Shown here piece by piece: positions 12,001 to 23,203 of a stretch of 64,000 nucleotides of DNA. The stretch is from Camelus ferus (taxonomy: Eukaryota): the NCBI RefSeq assembly GCF_009834535.1, contig NC_045697.1, positions 39,000,001 through 39,064,000 on the forward strand, in the 5' to 3' direction. How positions within the stretch are numbered: the stretch's first letter is position 1; each line of letters opens with the position of its first letter. The notes under the pieces were generated by a model. It saw only the letters and a program-made list of their open reading frames with translations, was not told where the DNA came from and did no database searches. Position numbers and translations under genes: made by a program.

Positions 12001-13863
12001 ACCCACTGAGGTCAAATCCTTATAGGTATAATAATAGTATCTGTCTATCTTACAAGGTCATCGTGAGAATTGAGAGACTGAATATAAAATGAACAGTGCC
12101 AGGCCAGATATTTAAATAGAACTCTGACCCACAACCTGCAGCAGCCCACCCAGGAAACCAACTCATTATTTAGAATGACCAGCCCAGGAAGCCACCTGCT
12201 ATAAGTCGGACGTGGCAGGAGTCAGATGGCTACCTCAAGTGAAGTCCAGGAAGCCACACAATAACCTCTGTAACAATCAGCCCAAAATGGCCAGGGCTTG
12301 AGTAATAACTATTAGCTTCCCTAAATTTTGTCCCCACTTCCAACTTCCAACCAATCAGAGAAAACCAAATACGCACTCCCAACCAATCACATAGCATGCC
12401 TGCGTCTAGTTAACCAACCTGCAGCTTCCCCATGCCAACAGCCTCAATCAGGGCACACCTGAAGTCTTCCCTTTTCCCCATTGTAAAGCTTTCCCGCTCC
12501 TCTGCCTTTGAATCTCAGCCCAAATGCAGGCGGCTTGGCTGACTCACTAGTTCCATCTAGCTCTATAACTAGCTTTTGCTTGTTCTCATTTGGCTGGTCT
12601 TCCTTTAGTTCCACAGAATTTAATTTGATAATATATATCAAATGTCTAGTACAAAGTATAATCTTTAGGCCTAGGACCTTCTGAATCATTAAAGGAAATA
12701 TTGAAGGAAACAAAGCCCTGGGGCCTTCAAGGCCTGACCTAATTTTCAACCAAAATTTACATTGTGATCTGTGTCCAAAGCCCTGCCTGCGAATCTGGTT
12801 GCTAGAGAAGCACTCAGTGGTTTCAAAAGTGGCAGGTCAGACCTGAAAACCAGCCTCCAGCCCAAACTGTTGTGGGCTTCACTGTGTTAGTAGAAACAAT
12901 ACAAGTGGTTTCCTACTTACCGTTCTGTATTCTGAAGTTTCACCAAACTGAGTGTTCAGAGAGGCTGCAAGAAGGAAACAGACATTTTAAAGGATGAGAT
13001 TAAAGTTAATTCTTGTTCATAAGGAATTTTAAAAATCCGGCTGGTGATTTATACAGGCCACACCTTCTCCCTTTCCCTCAGATACCAAGCTTCTTTCAAG
13101 CCATCCTCCCCACCCCCTCCAAAAAAGGATATTCAGTTGTGTTCTGACACCCCTCCTAGCAGGCCCACAGAAATCATTGGTACTGGTTCCGTAACTGACC
13201 ACCCTAACAGGATTACTTGGGGAAGGACTTTACAGCTGCGGAACAAAAATCAGAGAAGTAACTCTTAATTCACGATATTCTTTTCCTCTGCGGCTCAGAG
13301 TGATAAACATGAAAGCTTAACATTAGGTGTTAACCATTTTAACTACAGTTTACATGGGTGGCAAGTCTGGCTGGACTAAAAAGCCCCTTTTTCATGAGCC
13401 CCAGAGTGCCTGGCACGCTTAGCATTCACAGTTCCTGATTCCTGTACATCTCCTGCCGAGGTCTGTACGGCTCCTGGGTCCATAAACACCCAACTCCGGA
13501 TCGTGGGCGCCAGAAAATCCGCTTGAGGGGAGAATGAGCAGACAGCAAGGTGTCACTAAGAAGATGCTGGGAACGAAGCCCAAGCAAGAATTAAAGAGGG
13601 CTGCTGGCTGCACAATGCCATCCCTCCACACTCCCAACTTCGAGTCCCTCGAGGACCGCAGGGCCGGCCCGGAACCGCCAGTAACGAGTGCGGCCGAGCG
13701 ACGCCAAGGCCCGGTTCCGGGGAGCGGCAGCTGCGGCGAGATCCCCATTTTGGTTACTCCTCGGCCGGCCGGTCCTAGGGCAGCCGGCCGAATGGGGAGC
13801 ATTACCTGCCGAGTCCCACCAGACCAGGAGCAACGGCACCAAACGCAGCGCCGCGAGCCCCAT
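6000..13863 (-). CDS. SPINK2: SPINK2, serine peptidase inhibitor Kazal type 2; spliced CDS join(13806-13863,12921-12964,6804-6913,6000-6045), 258 nt, 85 aa: [85 protein letters not shown]
   Basis: Four exons of 58+44+110+46 nt join in frame through GT-AG introns. The product has a signal peptide and a six-Cys Kazal domain closely matching human SPINK2 as I recall it (…[41 protein letters not shown]). Confidence 0.97.
6804..6913 (-). CDS. SPINK2: SPINK2 coding exon 3 ([36 protein letters not shown] + AG)
   Basis: Acceptor CTCTTTTCCAG|CCA and donor ATCAG|GTAACA; Kazal core with five Cys; embedded in ORF 6800..7024. Confidence 0.97.
7399..7830 (+). mobile_element. MaLR LTR (MLT1B/C-like) in SPINK2 intron 2
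   Basis: CCTAACCCCCAGT…GTGACCTTATT, GGGCCCTAATCCAGTATGACT, CAAGCCAAGGA, GCAGCCCTAAGAAACTGATAC end. Confidence 0.8.
9941..11857 (+). mobile_element. ERV1 LTR (MER34 family-like), split by an L1 insertion
   Basis: Starts TGAAGGAAACCAG and ends TTCCTCCCCTACA; the two halves (9941-10245, 11657-11857) are joined across the L1 TSD. Confidence 0.7.
10243..11656 (-). mobile_element. 5'-truncated L1 (ORF2 C-terminus + 3'UTR), same sense as SPINK2, in intron 2
   Basis: ORF2 fragments [26 protein letters not shown] and [10 protein letters not shown]…; poly(T) at left; TSD TGCTCTTT at 10238-10245 and 11657-11664. Confidence 0.93.
12097..12610 (+). mobile_element. ERV solo LTR (family uncertain, MER54/MER74-like)
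   Basis: Repeated CCCAGGAAGCCA and CCAATCA motifs typical of old LTR U3 regions. Confidence 0.6.
12921..12964 (-). CDS. SPINK2: SPINK2 coding exon 2 ((A)[14 protein letters not shown])
   Basis: Acceptor TTTCCTTCTTGCAG|CC and donor ACG|GTAAGT; 44 nt; phase fits exons 1 and 3; resembles human ASLIPQFGLFSKYRT. Too short for the ORF track. Confidence 0.93.
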
Positions 13864-14140
13864 CCTCCTTCCGCGGCCGGCCATCGGTCACCGAGCTCTT
13901 CGGCGCCCGCGCGACACGGAGGGCGCCCTTGGTTCGGACACGCGACAGGGTGGGGCGAGGGAGGGGCGGTAAGCGGAGGGAGGATGGGGCGGAGGGGAGA
14001 TGAACCAGGCAGGTAGGAGGAGGGGGAGGAGCAGGAAAGGATGGGGGGCGGGGCGGCAGAAGGGAGGAAGGAGGGACAGGAAGCTAGAGGAGAGGTGGTT
14101 GCTAGACCTCAGCTCCTCGCCCCGTGGAGGACGGGAGTAA
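13630..14140 (-). promoter_or_regulatory. CpG island / TATA-less promoter of SPINK2 with Sp/KLF GC boxes
   Basis: Only strongly CpG-dense stretch in the window and it spans exon 1; GGGGCGGAGG near 13986 and GGGGCGGGGCGG near 14045. Confidence 0.85.
13806..13863 (-). CDS. SPINK2: SPINK2 coding exon 1 (signal peptide [19 protein letters not shown] + 1 nt)
   Basis: ATG at 13863-13861 in strong Kozak context (AGGATGG); donor GCAG|GTAATG at 13805; lies in the CpG-rich region. Confidence 0.92.
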
Positions 14141-14199
14141 ACGATTATGGGGACCATCTCTCCCTGCAGCGAACAAGAACCTTGTAAGAGCCCTGGATG

Positions 14200-15220
14200 G
14201 CTCTGTCAGTCAACCTCAGTTTCTGAGCGTCTGCTCTGTCCCAGGAAATGTTTTGGGGCTGAACTCAGCAAAGGAGGTCACTGCTCTCAAGAAGCTTTCT
14301 AGTGTAGGTGCTAGGGACGGGGTGACACAGGGAACTCCAAAACAAGTGAATACAATACTTCCTAAAATTAAGTGCTAGAGAATGGTGGGGGCAGGGAAAG
14401 ACTTCCATTGGAAGATCAGAAAAGGCCCTTCAGAGGTGACATTTAACCTGAAAGCTGAAGGATGAGAGGGAAGCCTGGTGAAGACCTTGGTGACAAACAT
14501 TTCAGGCTCACAGAAAAGCAAGAGCAGAGATCTGGAGGCAGGAGCCAGTTCAGTGTGTTCAGCTGAAGCCCTGGGTGAAGGAGGGGGAAAGGTGAGGGCG
14601 ATGGAATCACAAGGCCAAGAGTGTGCGTGATGATGTAGGTCATGATAAGGGCTTTGGATTTGTTCTGGTTGCAGTGGGAAGCCAGTGGAGGACTTTAAGT
14701 AATGGACTGCCCCTGACCTGACTTACATTTTAAGACATTGGATGAAGAATGGACAGGAGATAGGTAAGAGTGGAGGCAGGGAGACAAATTAGGTGGCTTT
14801 TGCAGTAATCCAGGCAAGAGCAGATGGTGCCTTAAATTAGTGTGTAGCAGGGGACTGGTGAGAAGTGGTCAGATTCAGGATTTATTTTGGAGGTGGAACC
14901 AATTGGAGTGATGAGAAGAACCAAGGATGCTTCCTGAGATTTTTATCCTGAACAGCTGGATGTGTGTTGATGCCACTTCTGTGATAAAGAACATTTGCAG
15001 AGGAGGCACATTAGACATCCAAGTGGATGTGTAGACAAAGTAGTTGAAATTACAAATTTGGAGCTGGAGATGTAAATGCAGAAGTCATCAGCATATCAAA
15101 GGTATTGAAAACCATGGACCCCAATGCCCAGGGGGAGAGTATGACAGAGGTCCAAGATCAGAGCCCTGCGGCACTACTATGTGCAGAACTTTCACAGACG
15201 TGGAGAAGCAGCCTATGAAG
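14200..15220 (-). mobile_element. Old L2 element
   Basis: Typical L2 text (GAGGTGACATTTAACCTG, GGGAAGCCAGTGGAGG, GCAGTAATCCAGGCAAGAG, TTAGACATCCAAGTGGA). Confidence 0.65.
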
Positions 15221-15764
15221 GAGGGAGAAAACAGAGACATAGTGATCAAAACTGAGAATTTATCAAAAAATATTTTTGCTAACTCACTACACACCTGGTT
15301 CTCAGAATGTTTAAAAAAACTAATCATCAATAAATTTAAATTGTACTTCTTTGGAGAGAATTCTCAAGTATTTATCATTCTTCACACAAAGTTGTTTTTA
15401 GAGCTTTTTTTTTTTTTTTGGAGACTCTGCGGTTTCACAATTTGGAAATTATAGGAAAAAAAATTTTTGAGATAAACATCTTTGAATGAAACTGTCCCCA
15501 CTACCCAGAAGATATGATGTTGCATTTATTTTATCCATTCATCCATTTCACAAATATTTACAAAATGCTATATGTGCACTGTCCATAAAACCATATTTAA
15601 CAGTGAACAAAACATACTAAAAACCCTGCCCTCAAAGAGCTTACATTCTAGTAATATTACCGTGATAAATAGCCCAATTAAAACGGCAACAAAAAACAAA
15701 TAATTATCACAATCAATGCGTAACCTACTCCTAATTGATTATACAAGACCAATAGATCCTACGT

Positions 15765-16525
15765 CCGATAAGAGGTTAGTACCAAAAATATAAACAGCTC
15801 ATACAACTCAATATCAAAAAAATAAGCATTCCAATTCAAAAATGGGCAGAAGACCTAAAAAGACATTTTTCTAAAGACACACATGGCCAACAGGCTTATT
15901 ATTTCTTACTGATTGGGCTTAGATTCTGTTGGCCAACAAAGCTACTCAGCATCACTAATCATCAGGGAAATGCAAATCAAAACCACAATGAGATATCACC
16001 TCACACTTGTTAGAATGGCTATCTTCAAAAAGTCCACAAATAACAAACTTTGGCGATGATGTGGAGAAAAGGGAACATTTGTACACTACTAGTGGAAATG
16101 TAAACTAGTTCAGCCATACAGAAAATAGTATGGGGGTTCATCAAAAAACTAAAAATCCAATCAACTACACTTCAATAAAAAATTTTTAAAAACCTAAAAA
16201 TCTAAAAAATAAAACTAATGAATAAATAAAACAAAACAGAAACAGACTTAGGTATAGAGAACAAATTAGTGGTTACAGTGGAGGAGGAATGGGGAGAGGG
16301 CAAGATAAGAGGATTAAGAGGTACAAACTACTACATATAAAATAAATTAAGATACAAGGATATATTGTACAGCAAAGGGAATATAGCCAATGTTTTATAA
16401 TAACTTTAAATGGAGTATAATCTATACAAATATGGAATCACTATGTTGTACACCTGAAACTAACATAATATTGTAGATTAATACATAAATAAATGAGCAA
16501 ATAAATAATTTTTTAAATAAAAAAG
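15765..16525 (+). mobile_element. L1 fragments (ORF2 3' part and 3'UTR)
   Basis: AAATGGGCAGAAGACCTAAA…, ATGCAAATCAAAACCACAATGAGATATCACCTCACAC, TGTACACCTGAAACTAACA. Confidence 0.85.
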
Positions 16526-17365
16526 AACCTATGGATCAGAGAATTTTTAAAAATTTAATTGGTATAGTTAATCAGGCCATACAAAAACCAAAAATATATA
16601 CTGTCACCCCTAGGCCCATTTTGGGCCAGCATGTTATTGATCTAACCTAAATGAAAGTTACAGAAGCACCAAAGACACTGTGGAAAACTTTAACTGGGGC
16701 CTCTGAATCAAAACCAAACTTTTGTGGGGTTTTGGAAAATATAGTATTTTTCACAAAAATTTTGTTATAAATAATAATAATAATAATGATAATAAAATTC
16801 ATTACTTGTTACCATAATGTTAAAAAGTAATGAGTTTTATTATTATTACTTTAAATGAGGTAATATTTTCTAAATTTCTTAGTTTTAATTTCAAATATTA
16901 TTAAACATTGATAGACATGACAGAAGACAATCTTTAGGATCTTCAATAATTTTTAAGAGTATGAAAATTTGATCTTGGACTCCAGGACCAAAATATTGGA
17001 GATTAATTGCCAAATGAAATAAATGTTATCTCCATTTTATAGTTAGTGTAGTGGGGCTAAAAAGGTCCGGAAGATATAAAACTCAAGCCTAATTCAATCT
17101 TGTTTTCCTTTCCATTCAGCTCCGTGGTGTAGATACTCACTTCCTCCACTGACACTAACATAATGGGAATCCTACTCTATCAAGTCAAGTTTCTAAGTTG
17201 CCACGTGTATTTCTGTTGTCTCTTGTCATCAAATTTAAACTTTTAAATAAAATCATCCAAAACTTGGAAATAAAGCAAAATATCACTATGTGCTTCTGCA
17301 AAGCCAAACTAGAGGATTGTCTAAGAAGCCTGCAAGGAGGTCATCAGGTTTGAGAGGATGTCATC

Positions 17366-17577
17366 TTTTTTTCTTGTTTTTAATTGACGTATAGTTGATT
17401 TACAGTGCTGTGTTAGTTTCTGGTATACAGCAAAGTGATTCAGTTTTACATATATATATATAATTTATATATATATAATTTTTTATATTCTTTTCCATTA
17501 TAGTTTATTATAGGATGTTGAATATAGTTCCTGTGCTATACAGTAGGACTTGTTTAATTTATATATAGTAGTTTGCT
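17366..17577 (-). mobile_element. Short L1 3' end
   Basis: L1 3'UTR text flanked by TSD AGAGGATGTCATCTT (17353-17367) / AGAGGATGTTATCTT (17578-17592). Confidence 0.85.
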
Positions 17578-17986
17578 AGAGGATGTTATCTTATTTGGCA
17601 TATTATTTATTACTGATAGGGCTTAGATTCTGTATAGTTGGATCTTAACTTGTAGATGATAAGTTGCAAATGTCTTTGTCAGGTAGAAAATATTATTCCA
17701 AAGGTTATTGTTTTATTGATCTGTTGACTTAAAAGAGCATTGTATTTAATTTTCAGCTTTGTCAGAACATTCTTTTTTCTATAGACTTTTTACAAGTTTC
17801 ATCTATCCTCCTTGAACTGAGTTTAGCAACCTGCTGTTTGCCTCCCTAATAAGTTAAATAGGAAGAGTAAATAAACGACCAGTTTGCCTGTCAGATGGGG
17901 AAGGGGTTGTTTCTGGTTTGGGAAGACCAGCAGGTGCAAAGTTTTCATGACTCCTTCAGAGAATTCTAAGAGGTTCATTGTGGCTA

Positions 17987-18130
17987 AAGCTGTGTTTCTC
18001 AGACTTTGATATACTTGTGAATCACTGAGATTCAGTAAGTCTAGGGCAAGGCCAAGATTCTGCATTTCTACAAGTTCCCAGGTGAGGCTGCTGCTGGTGG
18101 TCCATGGACTACACACTTGAGTAACAAGGG
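17987..18130. mobile_element. MER5A-like hAT MITE (similar copies at ~20826-20992 and ~40290-40435)
   Basis: TCTGCATTTCTACAAGTTCCCAGGTGAGGCTGCTGCTGG signature. Confidence 0.7.
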
Positions 18131-18427
18131 GCTAGGCCAGAGCATAGGTGTATGTGGGAATGTCCAGAGTTGAAGACGGGAACTGAGGGAGAAGATGAAT
18201 GTGGCTCTAGAACAGACTCTCTAATAAAAACAATCCTTTTTCACAATCTACATCAAACAAAAATATTCCTAAGCCTAAGCAGGTAGATCACGCCTTTGAA
18301 ATAATATATACCGTCCAACCACATTCCCGTATAATCACAGAAGTAAGGAATTGCAGGAAAACTGTCTTGTATTAGTGTTCTTCCTCAGCTCTGTGTTTAA
18401 TTAGGCTAAACTGTACTTGGTGACGTC

Positions 18428-18446
18428 TGCTGCCATCTAGTGGAAA
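18428..18446 (-). promoter_or_regulatory. CTCF motif (TTTCCACTAGATGGCAGCA)
   Basis: Near-consensus CCACTAGATGGCA core in non-repeat sequence ~4.5 kb upstream of SPINK2. Confidence 0.65.
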
Positions 18447-19109
18447 TGAGTTGACATTTTTATGGTACTTAAGTTTTCCAAGTGCATTTTATCTTCACAG
18501 CAACCTATGAAGTAGACATTGTTATTCCAATTTGTTTTAATTTTTAAGAAATACTTAACATTATTGAGCTTACTGTGGTCCAGGCACTATACATGAATGA
18601 TCTTATTTATTCCCAGTATCAATCTTTCTGACCCATGCATATTGTCTGTGTTGTTATTTCATTTACAGACAAGGAAGCTAAGGCTCAGAGAACTTGAGAA
18701 ACACGCCCTAACTCCAACAGCTAATCAGGATTCAAACCAAGGGGAGGCACACATAACTAACACAGGCCTTCTTCTCGTCCCCCTCCTCCTCCTTCCCCTA
18801 TTTCGTCTTCATTATCACCAGCATTCTATGTGCCAGGCATTTTCCTAAGACCTTTACAAGTATTATATAATTTAATTCTCAACAACAACTCTTGTGAGTT
18901 AAGTAAAATTATTATTTTCATTTCATAGATGAGGAAATCAAGGCAAAGAGGAGTTAATTAACTTATCCAAGGCCATCAGCTAGTGAACAGCATAGCCAGA
19001 ATAGAGCCCAGGGAATTTGGGGTTTTGTTTTAATATTTGACTTAATTAAAATAAAATTAAAATTTGCTTCTCTGTAATCTGTGAAGTGAATCTTTTCTTC
19101 CTCATTTCT

Positions 19110-19555
19110 TATTTTGTTTTCCAGCTTTACTGAGATATAACATTGTGCAAGTTTAAGTGTGCAATATGATGATTTGATACACATATATAATGTGCAATGA
19201 TTACCACAATAAAGTGAGCTAACACATCCATCACCTCACATAACTACAAGATTGTGTGTGTATGATGAGAACATTTAAAACCTACTCTCTTGGCAACCTT
19301 CAAGTATATGATACACTGTTCATTATAGTCACCGAGTTATAAATAGATCCCCAGAACTCGCTCATCTTGTAAATGGAAGTTTGTATCCTTTGACCAACAA
19401 CTCCCCATTTCTTCTACCCACACAGCCTCTGGAAATCCCCATTCTAGTCTCTATTTCTAGGAGTTTGGCTTTTTTTTCAGATTCCACAGGTAAGTGAGAC
19501 CATCCAGTATTTGTCTTTCTCTGTCTGACTTATTTCACTTACCACAGTGCTCTCA
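19110..19555 (-). mobile_element. L1 3'UTR relic
   Basis: CAGCTTTACTGAGATATAA…AGATTCCACAGGTAAGTGAGA…TGACTTATTTCACTTA. Confidence 0.8.
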
Positions 19556-20502
19556 GGGGGACCCAGGGAGCATTATTCCACACCCCATGCTCTCAACCAG
19601 TGAGCAATTTTAAAAATAAAGTTAATTTGGTTTCCCTCATTACAAAATTAATACATAGTTAGGAAAGCAAAAAGGAAAAGAAAATCACTCAAAATTCTCT
19701 CCCAAACAAAATCAAAATTAACATTTGGCATCTTACTCCTAACCATAATTCTACAAGTTTGATTTTAATATAGTTGTGATCATACTGTAAGAACCATTCT
19801 GTGTTCTGTTTAACACTTTAACACAGGCATTTCTAATATCCCCAAACTTTTGATACTTGTTATCATTGATTTGTTCATTATTATTACCTGCATAATGCCT
19901 AGTATGGGTCGGGTACTGGTGTAAGGAATTTCTATTTATTCATTCCTTTAATCTTTACAACTCCATAGATAGAGGCTGTTCTTAGCCCTATTTTGGATGA
20001 GGACACTGAGGCACCGCTGGTAAGTGACAGAGCTTGGACGTGAAGCCAGGCAACCTGGCTCCAGAGTGTATGCCATCATCTAACTGTGGAAGCAAGGATT
20101 TAAACTGTTTATATCTGAATCAATTGCTAAAAACCATGCGGAGAAGCACTAAAACAGTCTTTTAATAACTATTAAGTTGTAAGAAAATTTTCTACAAATA
20201 ATAATAATGGTAGTTAATGGGTTGCTTATTAAGAAGGCAAATTTTGCATATAATTAGATAAAGCCCAGAAAATACAGGAGAGTATTAATAGTCACCATTT
20301 ATAAAGGGCTAACTGTATACTTTTACAGACACTGTAATCTGCATCAACCCTGTGAATTGGTTACTCTTACTCTGTTCACATCATGTGGAAAGGAATCCAG
20401 AGAAGGGTAATTTGCTCAAGATCACAAAGCTGATCTGTGCTGAAGTGAGGTTCAAACACAGATTTTGTTCATTTGAACCTTAATCTACTTGCCAAACTCC
20501 AG

Positions 20503-20822
20503 AGCTACGCTGTCTAATACTGTAGCCGCTAGCTGCGTGGCTGCTGAACACTTGAAATGAGGCTGTGGTGAAGTGTGCTGGAAGGGTAAGATATACACTG
20601 AATTTCAAAAACTCACTACAAAAAAAGGAGCGTAAACTATTTCAGTAATTTTCATATGGGTTACACGCTGAAATTGTAAGAGTCTGGATTTACATTGCGT
20701 TAAAGGAACAATATGATGACAATGAATTTCACTTGTTTCTTGTCACGTTTTTAACGTGGCTACTAGAAATTTCAAATTACACGTGTGGGCCACACTGTAT
20801 TCCTGTTGTATGGTGCTGCTGT
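20503..20822. mobile_element. MER33/MER3-like hAT MITE
   Basis: GCTGTCTAATAC…GAACACTTGAAATG…GTGGCTACTAGAAATTT. Confidence 0.65.
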
Positions 20823-21604
20823 AGACCAGCACCTCTTCAACTTTAATGTGCAGATGAGTCACTTGGGGATCTTAATAAAAATGCAGATTCTGATGCAGGA
20901 AGTGCAGGGTAGGATCTAAGGTTCTGCATTTCTAACAGGCTCTCAGTGAGGCCAGTGCTGCTGGTGCAGGTGGAGCCTGTTTAGGAGCAGGTTCTAGACG
21001 GGAGGGAGGTGGGGGGAGAGCAGCAGTTAGAACCTCAGCAGCACTTATGTTTGGGGGCTAAAGGGAGGATCTGATATGGGGAAGGGGAGAAGTGGCCTGA
21101 GGGTCCTTGGGGACCCGGAGGCACAGTGTGTTGTTGGGGAGGCCAGGATGGAAGCATGACAAGGCGACAGAATCAGCAGCCACGCATGCGAAGGGACAAA
21201 ATGGGGCCCAGCTGGTTTCTCAACGAAAAGGCCCCTGCTGAATGCAGCTGGGACAGTTTCTGTGAGTAAAGGAAACTGCTTTTACAATGCTGGGGATTTT
21301 ACAATGTTGGGGAGTAGGAGAAGAGGACCTAGTCACTCTCTCTTTTCGGAGAAAGAGAAAAAACAGTAGCCAAGGCCGCGGTTAAGGGCAAGTGAGAGAA
21401 AATGGGTGGATTATGGGGACACTGGTTTGGTTTTGCAGGGATGAGGCCTGAGTCTAAGATTCATGCAAAAAGGCAGGAATGTGATGATGTCCGCCCACAG
21501 AACACAGACAGCTTCTCTCCTAAATAAACAAACATGTTTACTGAATGTCAGCTGTGTGGCCACTCCAGGAATAAATGTGACAGAGCCTCAAGCTTCAAAG
21601 GTCT

Positions 21605-22345
21605 TGTTGGCCCCTGTCCTTGATGAGTCGAATAACCCAGAGACAAGGTCTTGGAGCTTAGAAGGAAAAAGGCAATTTTATTGCTTTGCCGGGCAAAGGG
21701 GACTCACAGCAGGCTAGTGCCTTCAAAACTGTGAACCCACCTTGGGGAGGGAGTTAGAATGGTCATATAACCATAGCTCAAACACCAAGTCTTCAATAAC
21801 AATCAACAGAATCGTTTTCTCATCAGAAGACTTAGAGTGGCATCATGATGCCTCCAGGCGACCAGTTCTGTAAAGACTAGTGGTTGTCACTGTTTCCATC
21901 TCTTTATCTTACAAGAACACCCAAGGTGTGGTCTTCTTGGTAATTCAGGTTATTTTGTAAGGTTACAGCCCTGTGACCTTCTCCTTGGAGAATGACTCAA
22001 AGACCAAGCATGATTATTCCTTTCAATTACTGGAATAAAGTAGAAACAGTAAGATCAACAGCTTTAGTTTTAACAACGGGCCTGGAGCTGTGGGGAGCAA
22101 CCTGTTGGTCAGGTTTGTTGACCGTTCTAAGGGCAAGCATAAGAATAAGCAATCTGGGGGAGGCTATAGCTGAGTGGTAGAGTGTGTGCTTAGTATGCAG
22201 GAGGTCCTGGGTTCAGTCCCAAGTACCTCAGCTGAAATAAGTAAATAAACCTAATTACCTCCCCCCCCAAAAAAAAACTAAAGCAAAAATTAAAGAATAA
22301 GCAATCTGTTAGCCTAAGTGTGGCCATTTTATTAATCCTCCTTCA
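21605..22345 (-). mobile_element. ERV solo LTR carrying a SINE insertion
   Basis: TG…CA ends with flanks GTCT/GTGT; reverse AATAAA near 21678. Confidence 0.7.
22156..22292 (+). mobile_element. Vic-1-type SINE inside the LTR
   Basis: Perfect 15-bp TSD AAGAATAAGCAATCT at 22141-22155 and 22293-22307. Confidence 0.92.
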
Positions 22346-22556
22346 GTGTCACAGTCTTGAGTACATAGAGACCTTGAGAAGGCAGTGCAGCCAGCATGGA
22401 TTAGTGATGAGCAATCATTTTTACATGAGGCCCAATTCAGGAAAGATGTGTATGGTCCCCAATTCCCCTTGCAACTACCTTTAAGCATTCTTTATTTCTC
22501 CATCATGGAAGGGGTTCATTTTTAGGCTAAAAATTCACAACCTCACTCATAGCACC

Positions 22557-23203
22557 TGTTGCTGGTGGATGCAACCGGTATTCCAGGTTCTTGTCCCATC
22601 CCAGAAAGAACTCAGAGACAAGACTTAGAGGTTAAAAAAAGTAAGGTAAGGATTTATTAAAAGATGGGCAGTACACTCTCAAGGGGAGAGTGGGCAGGCT
22701 CAGGTGAGCGGCTGCCCTGTGTTTCTTTGGCAAGTTAGTTACATAGGGTGTAAAAATGAATGGGCAGAATATTCATTGAGGAGGAAAGGGTTTGGGGTCA
22801 TATTCCCTGATTAGCATCCCAACTCCACCTTCCCAAAGGAAAGAGGGATTTTTTTCCTTACTTAGTCTGGATTGGAAGTGTCATGGCGTCGGTGTATGGT
22901 GGGTACTTCTGATCTGCAAGGTTAATTTTATTGAAATGAGGGTATAATGAGCAAAAGGTTACATTTGGACACTGGAAATTCCTGCCTTTTCTCACCTTTC
23001 TTTGTTTCCAGGCCACCCAAAAGGTGTGATCCCTTATCAGCCCCAAGTTTCCTGCTTTTCTTTCTCTGCCCAGGGACCCCTGGTGCTTACATGATGTGTG
23101 GTTTCCTGCATTTGGCTTGTGCCCCTCCTTTCTGCCCAATTCCTGCCATTTGATCTGTGTCCTCCTTTCTCTGCTCATATCTAAGTATCTGCCTGCTCTA
23201 ACA
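22557..23203 (-). mobile_element. ERV1-type solo LTR, 647 bp
   Basis: TGTT…AACA termini, perfect 4-bp TSD CACC, reverse AATAAA near 22653. Confidence 0.85.

Noticed and set aside
13534..14016. 160-aa plus-strand ORF and other long ORFs over the CpG island
   Set aside because: GC-rich DNA lacks stop codons; the products are low-complexity Arg/Gly/Pro with no recognisable domain, and they overlap SPINK2 exon 1.
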